Shown here piece by piece: positions 38,031 to 50,866 of a stretch of 64,000 nt of DNA (position 1 is its first letter; every line of letters starts with the position of its first letter). Position numbers and translations under genes: made by a program. This DNA is from Lama guanicoe (Eukaryota): the NCBI GenBank assembly GCA_013239625.1, contig MU054220.1:7661367-7725366 (forward strand), in the 5' to 3' direction. The notes below the pieces were generated by a model that did no database searches, was not told where the DNA came from, and was given only the letters and a program-made list of their open reading frames with translations.

Positions 38031-38849
38031 TTTGGGGGATGATTTGCTCCTTTATATTGCCAAGGGAATTTGAACATTTGACGTTAAATTCTGGGACCAC
38101 CAGTCAATGGCCTATAACTATGGGTAACTTAAAACCCACATCAGAGTGTTTATGGTTTTCTTCCCCCAATCTGCAAAATGGAGTAATCATAGAATCCAAC
38201 TCACAGTGCTTTGGTGAGAAAAATGAGAAAAAATGTGAAAGTGATTTTATAGTGTACTATATACAACTATATTAGATCAGCTGTTTTGTTTTAAAATACT
38301 AAATAAATCATTAGAAAGATACTAATAATTTAGAAAAACTGGTTTATATTTTTTATATATAATATAAACATACACATTACCCCATGATGTTCTCACAATA
38401 TATTCTCAGACTATTGGGTAAAGCAAGCATATTTCTTTCCACTCATGGGTCTATTTTTGCAAATATTGTCCTCTAATTAGGAAAATAATAATCATCTATT
38501 AATGTATCTTTGCATTAAACTTATCTTGCTAAGGATCCTTGAATAATGAAGATAGTCTTTATCCTTTCCTCTCCTGCTCTGTACCTGGCACACAGCAGAT
38601 CATCAATAAATAATAAGCACAAAAATAACTTAGGAAAGTAATTAAAATTCAGAGTAGACTAAGATTTCATACATGTGCTGCTATCTTTCAAAAGTAGTAA
38701 GGACTAATATGGTCTAAAATACACTAACTAGTCCTCACGTGTTAGAGTAGAGGAAAAAACTTTAATTCACCCAGAAAATTCACTTAATATATTTTTATCC
38801 TTCAAGCATTAATTTGTTTTGTGAATTTCATTTCCGGGAAACTCTTTGG

Positions 38850-39147
38850 AAACCAGATATTCAAACCCAATTTCTGCTGTTGCCAGTAATTCTTGCCATT
38901 CTTTGGTTGGCAGCTGCATAACTCTCATCTCTGCCCCCGTGATCATGTGACATTCTGCCCTGCACCTTCACATCACCTTATAAGGACAACAGTCATATTG
39001 GATGAAGGGCCCATCTTACTCCAGCATGACTTCATCTTAAGTAATTATATCTGCAATAACTCTGTTTCCAAATAAAGTCACATTCTGAGGTACTGGGAAT
39101 TAGTACCCCAGCATATCTTTTTGGAGGACACAATTCAACTCATAACT
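38850..39147 (-). mobile_element. MaLR LTR fragment (MLT1B/C-like)
   Basis: TTATAAGGACAACAGTCATATTGGAT...TTTCCAAATAAAGTCACATTCTGAGGTACTGGG...GACACAATTCAACTCATAAC. Confidence 0.85.
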
Positions 39148-40114
39148 GGGGCAAATAGATGAGGGGATCATACAGTGAAGATGAATCTAAATCCTCTGTT
39201 GGCAGAAATTGTGCTTACCTTCCCAACCTCCATTACATTCCTACACCATTCAGCCTTAATTAATAGGGTGGCATCAACCACATGCTCCATCTGGGATCAG
39301 ACTCTTTGCGGTCTACACAGATGACATGAACTTTGTTAGTTCTAATAACCCAAGGCACATGGCAGTATACTTGATCAGTAATTAGTGGCATCTGCGTTAT
39401 TATGGGAAACACCATGTATTAACTTTTTATGTCTCATTTCATGCAACTGAATTACAAAAGAAACTGCCTGTCTTTTAGGGCAAATTTGTCTCTCTCACAC
39501 ACATATTCTCTCTTTCTAGACTATTCAAACAGAATTGGAATAAACTGTGTTCATCTAACTTCAAGACACAGGGATCTTTAAGTGAGTCTTTGGGATGCTA
39601 TTTCTGCTGCTTTTTGTTTCCTTAGTCATAAACCACTATAATGACAACACTTTTCTCAAATAAAATTACCTACCTAAAAATAAATATATTACGGATGTTC
39701 CTTTTTGCTTTACATTTCTTTGTGATAAATGTGACAAATAAAAGATGGATAGAATGCAGTCCTTACTCTTCCAATTTTTGTCATGTAGGATTCATGTATC
39801 TCAATTGCAAAGACACTGAGAGTTCCAAAATTCTCCTGCTTACTAGGCTAAGCTTGAGGTCACAATATCTCAAAAGACTTTTTTAGGAAATCAAATATGC
39901 CACGTCTAAATAGAAGTGTGTTCTTCCCCAATCCCTTTTCTGAGAAATTTTTTCACTAGTTGGTATAAAATCTTGGTTGTTATGGTGACTGTAGTGGGCT
40001 GAATTTGAAGTGAATTAGAAAAGACATCCCATAGATGAACAGAAGTCTTAGCCTATGCAAAGTTCAAAACAACACCTAAGTATTTGAAATGGGTTTAGAA
40101 AGACCCTGATGATT

Positions 40115-40498
40115 GTGTCCATCATGATAGAAAGTTAGATTATGCTGGGGTAGCAAATACTCCAAATTCTCTCTGCCTTAAAGTAACAACAGTATTGTTT
40201 CTGTTTTTTGCAAATAATATCTAGCTCTCCTTATTGTAGTTTCTTGTAGACACAGACACAGAGTCTCTACCAACTTTTGACATTGTCCTCCCCGCGGAAA
40301 GATTCGGTGTTTATGACGAGGGAAAGAGCATGGAGAAGCACACACTGTGTATTAAAATCCTTCCCCTAAAAATGGTACAAACTACGACTGCTTACATTTC
40401 ACTGGCCGGAGTAAGTTACGTATTCAGGAACATATTACCCTCCTATGGGTCTGGAAAAGAAAACAGCCGGAAATCGGAGACCACTGTGTGTCTACTAT
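40115..40498 (-). mobile_element. Old MaLR LTR (MLT1I/J-like)
   Basis: GTTAGATTATGCTGGGGTAGCAAA...TGCTTACATTTCACTGGCC. Confidence 0.55.
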
Positions 40499-40549
40499 AG
40501 TTCTTATGAAGACAAACATTATTTGCTTTAAAGTTGCCCCACCTTAAAT

Positions 40550-41200
40550 ACATAGTTTCTCTTAGTTATTTTTATGTATCTGATTTTTATTGCTTTTAAT
40601 GGTATCTTCTAAGTAAATATCAATTTTCTTACTATTTGTTGCTGATGAAAATGCAATTTATATTTGTTTATTAACCCTTAATTCAACCTCCTAACTAAAA
40701 ACGCCTTATAAATTCTAATATTTTATACATCATTTTGGGTTTTCTATGTAGATAATCGTGTAATCCATTAAAAACAACAGTTAGTGTCTTCCTTTCCAAG
40801 CTTTATAAACTATTTTTCTTATATATTTTGATGGGCAAATTTTCCAATGATATCTTGAATAGAGAAAGTATTAGTATCACTTTCTTGTCCCTAATTTTAA
40901 AAAGAATATTTTGTTTGTTCGTTTTGTTTTCGGGGGTGGGGTGGGGTGGGGTGTAATTAAGTTTATTTATTTATTTAATTTCTTCTTTTCTTTTTTAGTT
41001 GAGGTACTGGGTATTGAACACAGGACTTTGTGCATGCTAGGTACCCACTCGACCACTGAGCTATACCCTCCTTAGAAAGAATGTTTTGATATTTCAAATT
41101 CAGTGCCATGTTAGCCATAGAATCTCAGTAGACCTTTCTGAGATTAAGGACATTTCTGGGTTTTGTTTTATATATCTTCAATATATACTTTTTTCTTAAA
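40550..41200 (-). mobile_element. Old L1ME-type ORF2 fragment hosting the SINE at 40914-41073
   Basis: TTTTGGGTTTTCTATGTAGATAATCGTGTAATC...TCTTCCTTTCCAA. Confidence 0.65.
40914..41073 (-). mobile_element. Camelid tRNA-derived SINE (Vic-1 type)
   Basis: Minus strand GGAGGGTATAGCTCAGTGGTCGAG...GTCCTGTGTTCAATACCCAGTACCTC with A and B boxes and an A-rich tail; TSD AAAGAATATTTTG (40901-40913) / AAAGAATGTTTTG (41076-41088). Confidence 0.85.
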
Positions 41201-41393
41201 ATTTGGCATTAATATGAATATTCCATTTTCATTTTGCATAATGCAGTAAATCATGTGAAAAACATTCCCACAATGTAAATTTAAATGTACTGTTCCTAAG
41301 ATTTGACTTCTGCCAATTCTTCTTCCAGAATCTGTTCCTAATAATTTATCTTCAAAAGTAGGGGGAATAATTAGGGAAGAAGGAGAACTGATA

Positions 41394-41470
41394 TAAAATA
41401 AAATAAAATAAAATAAAATAAAATAAAATAAAATAAAATAAAATAAAATAAAATAAAATAAAATAAAATA
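41394..41470. repeat. (TAAAA)n pentanucleotide microsatellite, ~15 units
   Basis: Seen directly. Confidence 0.98.
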
Positions 41471-42119
41471 CAACATAACTCTATGTGAAAAGGAGAGGAA
41501 GCTGACTGTGGCCCTTGAGGTCCCAGTTTTCTCACTGGGCAAGAAAATGAACTGCAATATACAAAGAGTTTGTTGGACTCTTTGGTTCTGTCTCTGGAAG
41601 TCTCAGTCATCCAAGGGAACATCCCCTTGGCTGCTTAAGCCTTTAATTGTTCCTAAGTAGCCTGCATAGCACCACAGTCCAGAATTTACTTAGATGGCAC
41701 AGTAGGCCTTCTGGAAGACTGGTTATTTTATTAAATCTGCAGCAACATGATTCTCTATTTTTTTCACAGGAGAATTGTTTTGGACCTGAAGTCATATTAA
41801 GACAATACTGTTTTTAATTTGCTTTGATTCATCATTTTAAATTCTGCCTCCTGTACCCTTTGGTATCAGGAGTGTCTCAAATATTAGTAAACATTCTTCT
41901 TATTCCTAATTTTGAAAGGAATTCTTCTAATATTTCATAAATCATTACCATGTTTGCTGAGATGATCATAAGTCGAGCTATATTGTAAAATCTAAATTTA
42001 GCATTTATATTTATTGCAATCACTTACATGTTTTATACATTTGATTAATTTCTACTACCCTAATTTGTACTTATTTTGTCCTATTTACTTGTTTTCCTTT
42101 GGGTTAATTAATGGATTTC

Positions 42120-42120
<1 letters not shown>

Positions 42121-42164
<44 letters not shown>
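42121..42164. repeat. (TG)22 microsatellite
   Basis: Seen directly. Confidence 0.98.
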
Positions 42165-42168
<4 letters not shown>

Positions 42169-42515
42169 CCTTTCCACTCAAACCTTTGTGTCTTACAACA
42201 ACAAACATTTACTTACTCATAATTGTGTGGATTGGTGATGTGGGCTGGACTCAGCTCTGTGTGGTCTCATCTAGGCTCACTCAGATAAATTACATTTCTT
42301 TGTCATTTGCAACCAAAGGAAGCTGAGACTGAAATATTTGAGCAGTGAAAGGACAAGGTCTTGAACCAGAGTAATTCTTTCAATCTTGTATGATAACAAT
42401 AAAAACTAAAACAGCAAAATTTCGTAACAAAAAGGGAAATCTGGGTTTGGTCTCAAATTCCAATTCAAGCAGCTCTCATTTACCATGTTTTGCTAAATCA
42501 AAAGTTCCTAATATC

Positions 42516-43365
42516 TGAGGAATCTCTTGTTATTTTCCACAATAGCTGCATCTGTTTACATTCCCACCAACCTTGTGTGAGGGTTTCCTTTTCTCCACAC
42601 CCTCTCCAACATTTGTTATTTCTTGCCTTTTTGATAATAGCCATTCTAATAAGCATGAGGCAATATCTCCTAGTGGTTTTGATTTGCATTTTCCTAATAC
42701 TTAGTAATGTTGAACATTTTCATTTGTCTTTTGGCTGCTGTCTGTCTGTCTTCTTTGAAAACGTACCTATTTGGATCTTCTGCCTATTTTTAATTGGGTT
42801 CTTTTTTATTCTTGAGTTGTATAAATTTATAGATTTTGAGTATTAACCTCTTATGGGATATATGATTTGCAAATATCTTCTCTATTTTGTAAATTAGCTT
42901 TTCATTTTGTTGGTGGTTTTCTTTGCCGTGCAGAAACTTTTTAGTTTGATGTAGTCCTATGTGTTAATTTTTGCTTTTGTTTCCCTTGCTTAAAGAGACA
43001 TATCCAGAAAGATACTGTGAAGACTGATGTCAGACTGCCTATGTTTTCTTCTAGGAGTTTTATAGTTTCAGGTCCCATATTCAAATCTTTGACCCATCAT
43101 GAGTTAATTTTCACATATGGTGTAAGATAGTGGTCTATTTCATTCTTTAGGATGTGGCTATCCAATTTTCCCAACACCACTTATTTTCCACATGATCCGA
43201 CTATTCTACTTCTGGGTATTTACCCAAAGAATACAAAAACACTAATTTGAAAAGATACGTGCACCCCAACATTCACTGAAGCTATTTACAGTTATTCACA
43301 ACACAAAAGATGGAAACAACCTAACTGCCCATCAATAGATAGATGGATAAAGAAGATGAGGGGTG

Positions 43366-43417
<52 letters not shown>

Positions 43418-43777
43418 GGAATACCATGCAACCCTGAAAAAAAGATGTAATCTTGCCATTTGTGACAACATGGCTGGAACTTGAGGGTATTATGCTAAGT
43501 GAAATAAGTCAGACATAAAAAAGACAAATACTATATGATTCACTTATATGTGGATTATTAAACAACAATGATGACAGCAACAAAATAAATGAACAAATCA
43601 AACAAACAAAAATCTCTACATAGATACAGAGAACAGAGGGAAGACAACTCCATGGTGGTGGATGGAAATTAAACTTTTGGAGGTGAGCACACTGTAGTGT
43701 TTACAGAAGTTAATATATATTGTAACACATGAAACTTATACAATGTTATAAACCAATTTTACCTGAATTTAAAAAAA
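42516..43777. mobile_element. 5'-inverted LINE-1 (minus 42516-43186, plus 43188-43777)
   Basis: Antisense ORF2 C-terminal region ([19 protein letters not shown]) joined to sense CCACATGATCC... and 3' UTR ending in an A tail. Confidence 0.85.
43369..43415. repeat. (AC)n microsatellite, ~23 units, inside the L1
   Basis: Seen directly. Confidence 0.97.
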
Positions 43778-44699
43778 TGTATCTAGTAATGTCCTTCACT
43801 TCACTTCCTGTTCATTTTACATCAATTTTGAACAGATAAGACTAACAGCACAAACCCAGTCTAAGCCTGTGCATTTAGGATCTTCCCTGACAGATCCACT
43901 TTAAGGTCCAATCTCCAAGAACATATTGCATTGAAAGTGAATTTAAGAAAACAAAAATATGCAAAGATGGAGACTTTCTTAAAATAAACATGCTGGTGAA
44001 AATAGTAACTAAGGCAACAGCAGTCATGGGAAAACTGCTCAGTACAATCTATGGACGGTCATTTTGAGGAAATATTTCAATTCTTTTACAACTGATTTGG
44101 CTAGGGCACATCCAGGGAGAAAGAGTTGACTGATAATCTATCGTACTGTTTCTGCCACCTTCCAGAATGTTGTTTTGGATTCTATCAACTCAAATCTGAC
44201 AACTCTGTCATTTGTATGTCACTCTGAAGAGATTTATTATACTAGTAGTTGACTGACATTTTGTGTGTATATGTTCTTCTCTCCAACTGGATTTTAATGT
44301 CCATGAAAGCAGATACATCTTATTAAACCCTGATATCATTAGCAGATAATGTTTTTTTTGTTGGCAGAAGTTTCACTGGAATGAAAACCAAGAGATTACA
44401 TTTGCGATCTAACGTGATCCATATTAAACTGTGTGAACATAGATTGTCACCAATTTTTCCCTAGGTCTCAGATCATAACATAAAAATGAAAAACTTGGAA
44501 TCAATTATTTTACGATGATTTTTAGTAAATATTCAACAATATTTATTAAGAAAAAAGTTATGATGATTTAATTGATAAATTGTATAATATATCCCTGTAT
44601 GTGGCCAGTCTTCCTTTGGAATCTGCTATGTATAACTAAGCATTTTTCATTAACAAAAATCAAGACATACATGTTGCTCTGGAGAGATAAAAATGATTT

Positions 44700-44935
44700 C
44701 AGGAGTAAGAAACCACGCTCAAGAGTCAGACTGAATGGATCCAAATCTTGGTTCTGCTACTTCCTAGTTTTGGCAAATTATCAATATCATTTTACCTCAC
44801 TCTTCTCATCTGTAAAAGGAGAAAAATAATAATACTTTTTTTGTAGTCTTAATATGAAAATTAAATAGGGAGGTATCAATAAAATACTTCACATATGCCT
44901 GATACATTGAAAGGGCTCAATACAAAGTGTTATTT
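44700..44935 (+). mobile_element. MIR SINE
   Basis: GAGTCAGACTGAATGGATCCAAATCTTGGTTCTGCTACTT...TTCTCATCTGTAAAAGG. Confidence 0.75.
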
Positions 44936-47231
44936 TTCTGTCATTACATGTTACATGTTACATTACAGGTTTTCATGTATCAGAGCGCCCTGAAGAACTT
45001 ACTAGCCATCATCAACTTGAGCTGACTCATAAAAGAATGCATTTTTCATCTTTGGAAGAGTTCATAAATAAGCTGCCTACTGGCTAACAGTTAAACGGCA
45101 AAGGAGATTCCTGCATTGCTGCAAGATTGGATTTAATGGCTTCTAAAATTTCTCGTAGTTGTGAAAATCTAGGATATTTTTTAGATCGTTTAAAAGCCCA
45201 GCGTGTGTTATAAATGGACAAAGGAGGAACCTATTTTGCAGTGGAAGAGATGAAGGGGGAGCAATCCCATTACCTGTTTGGTGTTTTAGCTTAAGTTGAT
45301 CATACGACATCTTTCCGCTGCTGCCGTGTGGGTCCCAATTCACCGTGCCTTGGAGATGCCTCGGGCACAGGTCTATTTCATGTGCCATTTTCTCTCCTAT
45401 TGTTTCACCCTGATATGATGTCGGATTTATTCTGATATGATACCGTATTATATGCTAACTTCTTGCTTACAAGGATCTTTGTTCTTATGTCTTTAAATTC
45501 ATAAATATCTCTGACCAGTCTGAAATCTGTATTTTTCATGTTTTGCTTATTATTTGATTATTTAGACAATTATGGTCCAAGCTGACGAGAAAACATCAAA
45601 TACAAGTTATATGACCATATTTAAGGGAAAATATTTCAGGTGTGGAGTGTCTTTGTTTTTTGTGCTTTTTTAAACTTTAAGATAAAATACATAATTTTTT
45701 AAAATGACAGCCATTAATTAGAAGTACAATAATAACTCTTTAAAAGAAGTTTGTAAAATTAAGCTTCCATTTTCATTCAGTAAAAGGAACAATCATACAA
45801 ATTTGATGTAAATTATATTATTCCTGAGTTTAAAAGTTTGACTCTTGATTTGAACTGTCAATTTAATGATTGCCTTCTCCCTCTACATAGAATAGAAGTA
45901 GAGGAAGCTGAGGTACTGGGGAGGGGACATCTTGCTTTGCCTGCTGTTCTTTGTCCATCATGGCCTCTGTTCAGGTCTAAAGCAGGAGGTCCTTATCACT
46001 GTGCAATGTTGTCCTCTACTGATGTCCGTGGTCCAAATATCTCTTTGTTCTTCAGATGCTCATATTCTTCATACCAAATATGAACTTCATTCAAACAAGC
46101 CCCAAGGCTAAGGTAAAGGTTGGGACGAGTAATGGACACAGGGTTCATTCTCAGGAACCCAGACCGTTTCTAATCTAATCACATTCCTATTGCTTCTCAC
46201 TCCTGCATGTGGAACTATATGTCTCTTTGGGTTGGAATTAGCTTCGTACCCTTTCGCGTTGCTTTCTCATTCTCTCACACTAGTTGATAAACTTAATTTT
46301 GCGTCTCTCCAGGTTTTGACTCCTGATTTTCCCAAAGCATCTTCTCAGAATTTTTTTTTAAGTATAGATTTTAAGACACTGCTTTCTTCCTTTAGAGTTT
46401 ATGAAGTCTACTTAAGAGCTCAAAAGCCTAAAATTAGACTCTGTTATTTCTCTCTTAGTCATACTTTGAAACCAGGACAGAAAGAAAAATACTTGCTGCC
46501 ACTGGATTAATGATGAGAGATGTTAGAGCTAAAGGGAATTGTCAGAATAAGAATTCTGATCTAAAATGTTAATTTACTATATCCATAATATGCAAAATAT
46601 TAAGCAAAGGATAAGTTTATCAGATGCAATATAAAGCTGAACTAGGGAAAGTAAGACTTTGATGACACTGCCAATCACATAGTTGAGGAAAATAGATAAT
46701 GAGCTCACTGTCCGTTACAAAGGACAGGTTGAGGTTAGGGGAAAAAGGCTGAGGTCCATGACAAAAGACAAAGTGGAGCCAATGGGACAACAGCAAATCA
46801 TGTTTCATTGTTCTGTTATTCTTAGCTGTTTGTTGCAAAAGGAATTTACTACTTTTTAAAGAATTAGGTGGGAAAATTTTTTTCTGCTTCTTTCATTTTA
46901 ATTTAACCAGCCATAATTAAATTGTGCCAACATGGCCACTTATCCTCCTCCCCACTACACACGTTTATTACCCAAAATCCAAAGACCAGATCGATAGCAC
47001 CGACATCATCACCTGATCCCACTTCCCAGATTGGTTCCAAGAAGTCTCTGACTCAACTATTCCCCTCCCCTCTTCCTTCTCTTTCTCATTCTTCTTCTCT
47101 GCATAAAATTATCATCAGATTACAATGCTGGGTATGGGACTGTTAGTCATCTTGAAAAATGTAAATATTCTGGTTTTCTGTTTCTTTTGAGGAAATTGTG
47201 GGATGAAGATGATCACATGAAGATTAAGCTT

Positions 47232-47745
47232 TATTACTGCAACCTCAGCCTAAAACTGAGACCTAATATTACGTGTGGCCTTGACATCTGGGGAAACTGG
47301 GAGGGTCCCAAATTGCCTAACTTTAAGATTTCATGTTCATTCTGTTCCCATGGATAAGATGCCCCAGCCAAACAATCCTGCTTATCAAATGGATCAGTTA
47401 CTCTTCTTGCTCATCACTGAGTGGCAGGTTTCAGCTCCCTTCCAGCCCGTGGAATGAATCAGATAAGCCAATCAGAGCCTCTCCCAAGAACCAGGGATAC
47501 CTCACTTTCTTACTACTACAAAGCCTGCCTCCCACAGTTGCTGGTTGTCCCCTCTGTTCCCAAGTGCAATCCTTGTGTGTTTTGCGTGTGGGTGATGCCC
47601 TCCTTCTCCAGGCTGTTAGTATCTGTGACTAACGTATTGCTGCGGGTGTTTATTTACCCAGGCAAGTGCGGTGTATTTGGCCCAAACTGTCACCCTAGGG
47701 CAGAAAGTCCTCCCTCTCCGACAGAGTGCAGAGATGAGTAAAACA
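47232..47745 (+). mobile_element. ERVL solo LTR, MER54/MER74 group
   Basis: AAACTGAGACCTAATA...GCCTTGACATCTGGGGAAACTGGGAGGG...GGATAAGATGCCCCAGCCAAACAA; CCAATC box; ends AAAACA. Confidence 0.8.
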
Positions 47746-47769
47746 ATTACTTTGCCCATTTACTCCAAA

Positions 47770-47985
47770 ACCTATTTAGTGACTCAGGTTGGTTAGGCAT
47801 TGAGCCAAGTACTTTGTGCTAGTATTTAATCCGTCCGACAGCCTTCCATCTCGGTGTCATTATCTCCACTTACAAGCAACAACACTGCGGTTCAGAGAGG
47901 TTAAGCCATTTGTCCAAAGTTAGAGAAAGTCAGACTAAACCCAGGTTCTCTTCTAAGTTCCATACTTTTTCCATTACTTTACACT
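47770..47985 (-). mobile_element. MIR SINE
   Basis: ACTGCGGTTCAGAGAGGTTAAGCCATTTGTCCAAAGTTA core. Confidence 0.75.
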
Positions 47986-48647
47986 GTTTCTATTAAAGGT
48001 AAGCTTTCTTTGTCTAAAAATGCCAGCAAGTATGGTTATAACAAGTTTTCCATGAAATAGAAAAACAGCTTGCCTCTTACAACGAGCAAGCATGTCTTAT
48101 CCTAGTATTCGGCTTTTCACTGAAAACGCTAGATTAAAAACTCACAAAAAAAATCTTAATGAGGATAGCAGAATGAAGCTGCTAAAATACTTAAAGTACG
48201 TATTATCTGTTAGCTTGAGCCTTTTGTGCTAGTAGCAGGGCTGCAAAATCGGACTTAGATTCCTGGGACATCTCCTTTAGCCTTGTGCTTTCTCACTTTT
48301 CACCAGACGTCTCGAGCAGCTCTACAACAGCCGTGTCTAAGTTGTCCCCATTTACATTCTCCCAGGCATGACTGGTGTCTGGTAAGTTTGGGTGGAAGAG
48401 CCAGAGGATGGATCCCAAAGAGACTTAGGGTCCTCCCTGAGGTTAATACACTCACTGGACTAAAGCTACAAATCCTCTCTTTCCTAATTCTTCTGTTTTT
48501 ATGGAAACTCTATGAGCTGAGAAATAATGATATCACATTAAACTACCTCTATCTTTAAGACTTATATTCTTTTCCTCACAAGGGATAAACTAAATGAGAA
48601 CATGGTCTGGGAAAATTCTGTTTACATAGACACTTCTAACTAAGGAT

Positions 48648-48737
48648 TTTTTTTTTTTAAATGGAGGTACTGGGGATTGAATCCAGGACCTCGTGGATGC
48701 TAAGCATGTGCTCTTCCACTGAACTATTACCCTCCCC
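48648..48737 (-). mobile_element. Camelid tRNA-derived SINE (Vic-1 type), short-tail form
   Basis: Minus strand GGGGAGGGTAATAGTTCAGTGG...GAGGTCCTGGATTCAATCCCCAGTACCTCC plus poly-A; TSD AACTAAGGAT (48638-48647) / AACTAATGAT (48738-48747). Confidence 0.88.
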
Positions 48738-50402
48738 AACTAATGATATTCTTAACACATATATTCCACTCCCTAATCTCAGTTTCTCTAAAGACTCATT
48801 ATAATGTATTGAGAGTCTATGTGACAGATTCTGCTTTCACTGCTATACGTGTATCACCGCATCTCTGCATTGAATGACTTCAGCACATTAATGGTTTCCA
48901 TGTATCAGTGAAGATATCAACGTACAGGCAATGTAAGAATATGCTTAGGTCAAGTGGCTGGTGACGGAGGGGCCAGGAGTCCACCCCAGGTCTGATTCTG
49001 CAGCCTACTCTTAAGTCACATTAAGCTTGGTTACACTGATTGGTTTGGAAACACCACTGTTTGCTGGGAAAGCAAAAGCTACCCATAAACACATCTGTGG
49101 TAGAGGCAGTTCTTTTCACTGGCTTGCCTGCTGCCTACTTGATTCCTGAAGAATACACTGTTGATTGTTCACAGCTTCAAAGAAAATCACTTTTCCATAA
49201 AGTGCCCATTATAGTGTGTCAATGAATGTGGTAGCGTGCATGATTTACCTCTGGGGTGCATGTAATTAGAAAATTAACCTTTTAGTTTTCTCCTGTTATA
49301 AAAAGGGATGGAAGGATAATACATTAGCAACCGTGTCGGTTTATTATTGTGCTTGTAATTTCTAAGTTGCCTGAAAGGAACAAAACTCTAGGAATAAGAA
49401 TCTGAATGTGTTCAGGAGAAGTAGCATTTTGCACATATAGAGGGATGTACTTCCCATGTCTTTCACACGCTTTTAAGATGATCTCCCTGACTTAAGGTAG
49501 CATTTTTCTCAAATGAGAAAGAATACTTAGAATTCCCTTCTCATCTCTAAAATCATTCTTGCTTTTCAGAAAGCACAGTGTTTGTGTAAGGTCCATGCTT
49601 GTGTTTCTGTGAAAGGATCACACGCGTGCAAAGTGAGAGAGACTCGCCCCAGGAAATTGAGAAGGGCTGGCAGCCCCACTGCCAAACGCTATCCTCCCCC
49701 ATAGATGCTAATCAGTTCTCAGAAGAGCTTAATCCTCTGAACTGCAAGAGGGCAGAGTCAGTTTCACCACTAGTAAAAGCTTTGATCAATTCTAACTCTG
49801 GGTCTCATAGGAGCTGAAAGGTAATGTTGCGTTTGTGCCTCAAAATCACTAGGTCGCAGCCCTGATTTTAGACACATCATTTGTGATACTTTATTCCTGA
49901 GAGACATGGAGACGTGTGAGAAGATCAAAAAAAAAAAAATCTGAGATACATTATACTGCCCCTGCTAGAGGGTGAGGGATGTGACATTGAACTTTGAGCT
50001 GGGATACTTGGCTTATCTTACTGGCTGTCCAGTTTTGAGTACATCACTTACATTTTCAGAGTCTTGGTTTCATTTGAAAAATGGGGGTATTTTTCCCTGT
50101 CTACCTCAAAAAATCTCTAAAGAGACAGGCTGATTTAAAGAAAAAAAAAGATGTCAAACATTGCAATTGTAATTTAAAGAGAATAAGAAAGTGAAATATT
50201 GTTATTCCTACCATCTGCTATTTTTGAGTGGCTAAACTTTCTTTTTTAATAACAAAACTGAGATCAAGGCAGCATTCCACGCCTCATTCTCAAATTCCCT
50301 GTGAAAGCAATTTTTCATATTCTAAAAAATATTCTGTAGTTCTTTATGGTCACTCTTGGGCTTGAAATCTTGATCTTTTCAACCTCTTACCTAATCTCCA
50401 TC

Positions 50403-50866
50403 TGTGGTAATCTGAATAATGTCTCTCAAGAGATTGAATCCTAAGGCTTGGAGACTCTAAATTACCTTAGATGGAGAAAAAGGCTTTTGTGGATGTGATT
50501 AAGTTAAGGATCTTGAGATGGAGTGATTATCCTAGATTATACAGGTGGTCCAAAATGTAATTCAGAGCCTTTATAAAACGAAAGCACAGGGAGATTTGGC
50601 ACAAAAAGAACAGGAGGAGGTAATGTGATCACACAGGCAGAGACTGGAGTGATGCAGCCACCAGCCCAGAAGTGGTGGCAGCTGCCAGAAGCTGGAGAGA
50701 CAAGGACCAGATTCTCCCCTAACGGATTCAGAGATGTCCAGCCACGTGACACTTTCATCTCTGTCTGTGAAACTGCTTTTGCACTTCTGCAAAAGAATCA
50801 GTGTGTGTCGTTTTAAGCCACAATGTGTGTCATCATGTGTTACAGCAGCCATAGGAAACTCATACA
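50403..50866 (+). mobile_element. MaLR solo LTR (MLT1C/D-like)
   Basis: TGTGGTAATCTGAATAATG...GATGTGATTAAGTTAAGGATCTTGAGATGG...TGTTACAGCAGCCATAGGAAACTCATACA. Confidence 0.9.

Noticed and set aside
41000..41073. tRNA gene
   Set aside because: tRNA-like A and B boxes, but with a SINE tail and TSD and no intact cloverleaf; the same applies to 48660-48737.
41168..41622. ORFs with repeating FILFY
   Set aside because: Translation of the (TAAAA)n microsatellite.
42014..42326. Cys/Val-rich ORFs
   Set aside because: Translation of the (TG)n microsatellite.
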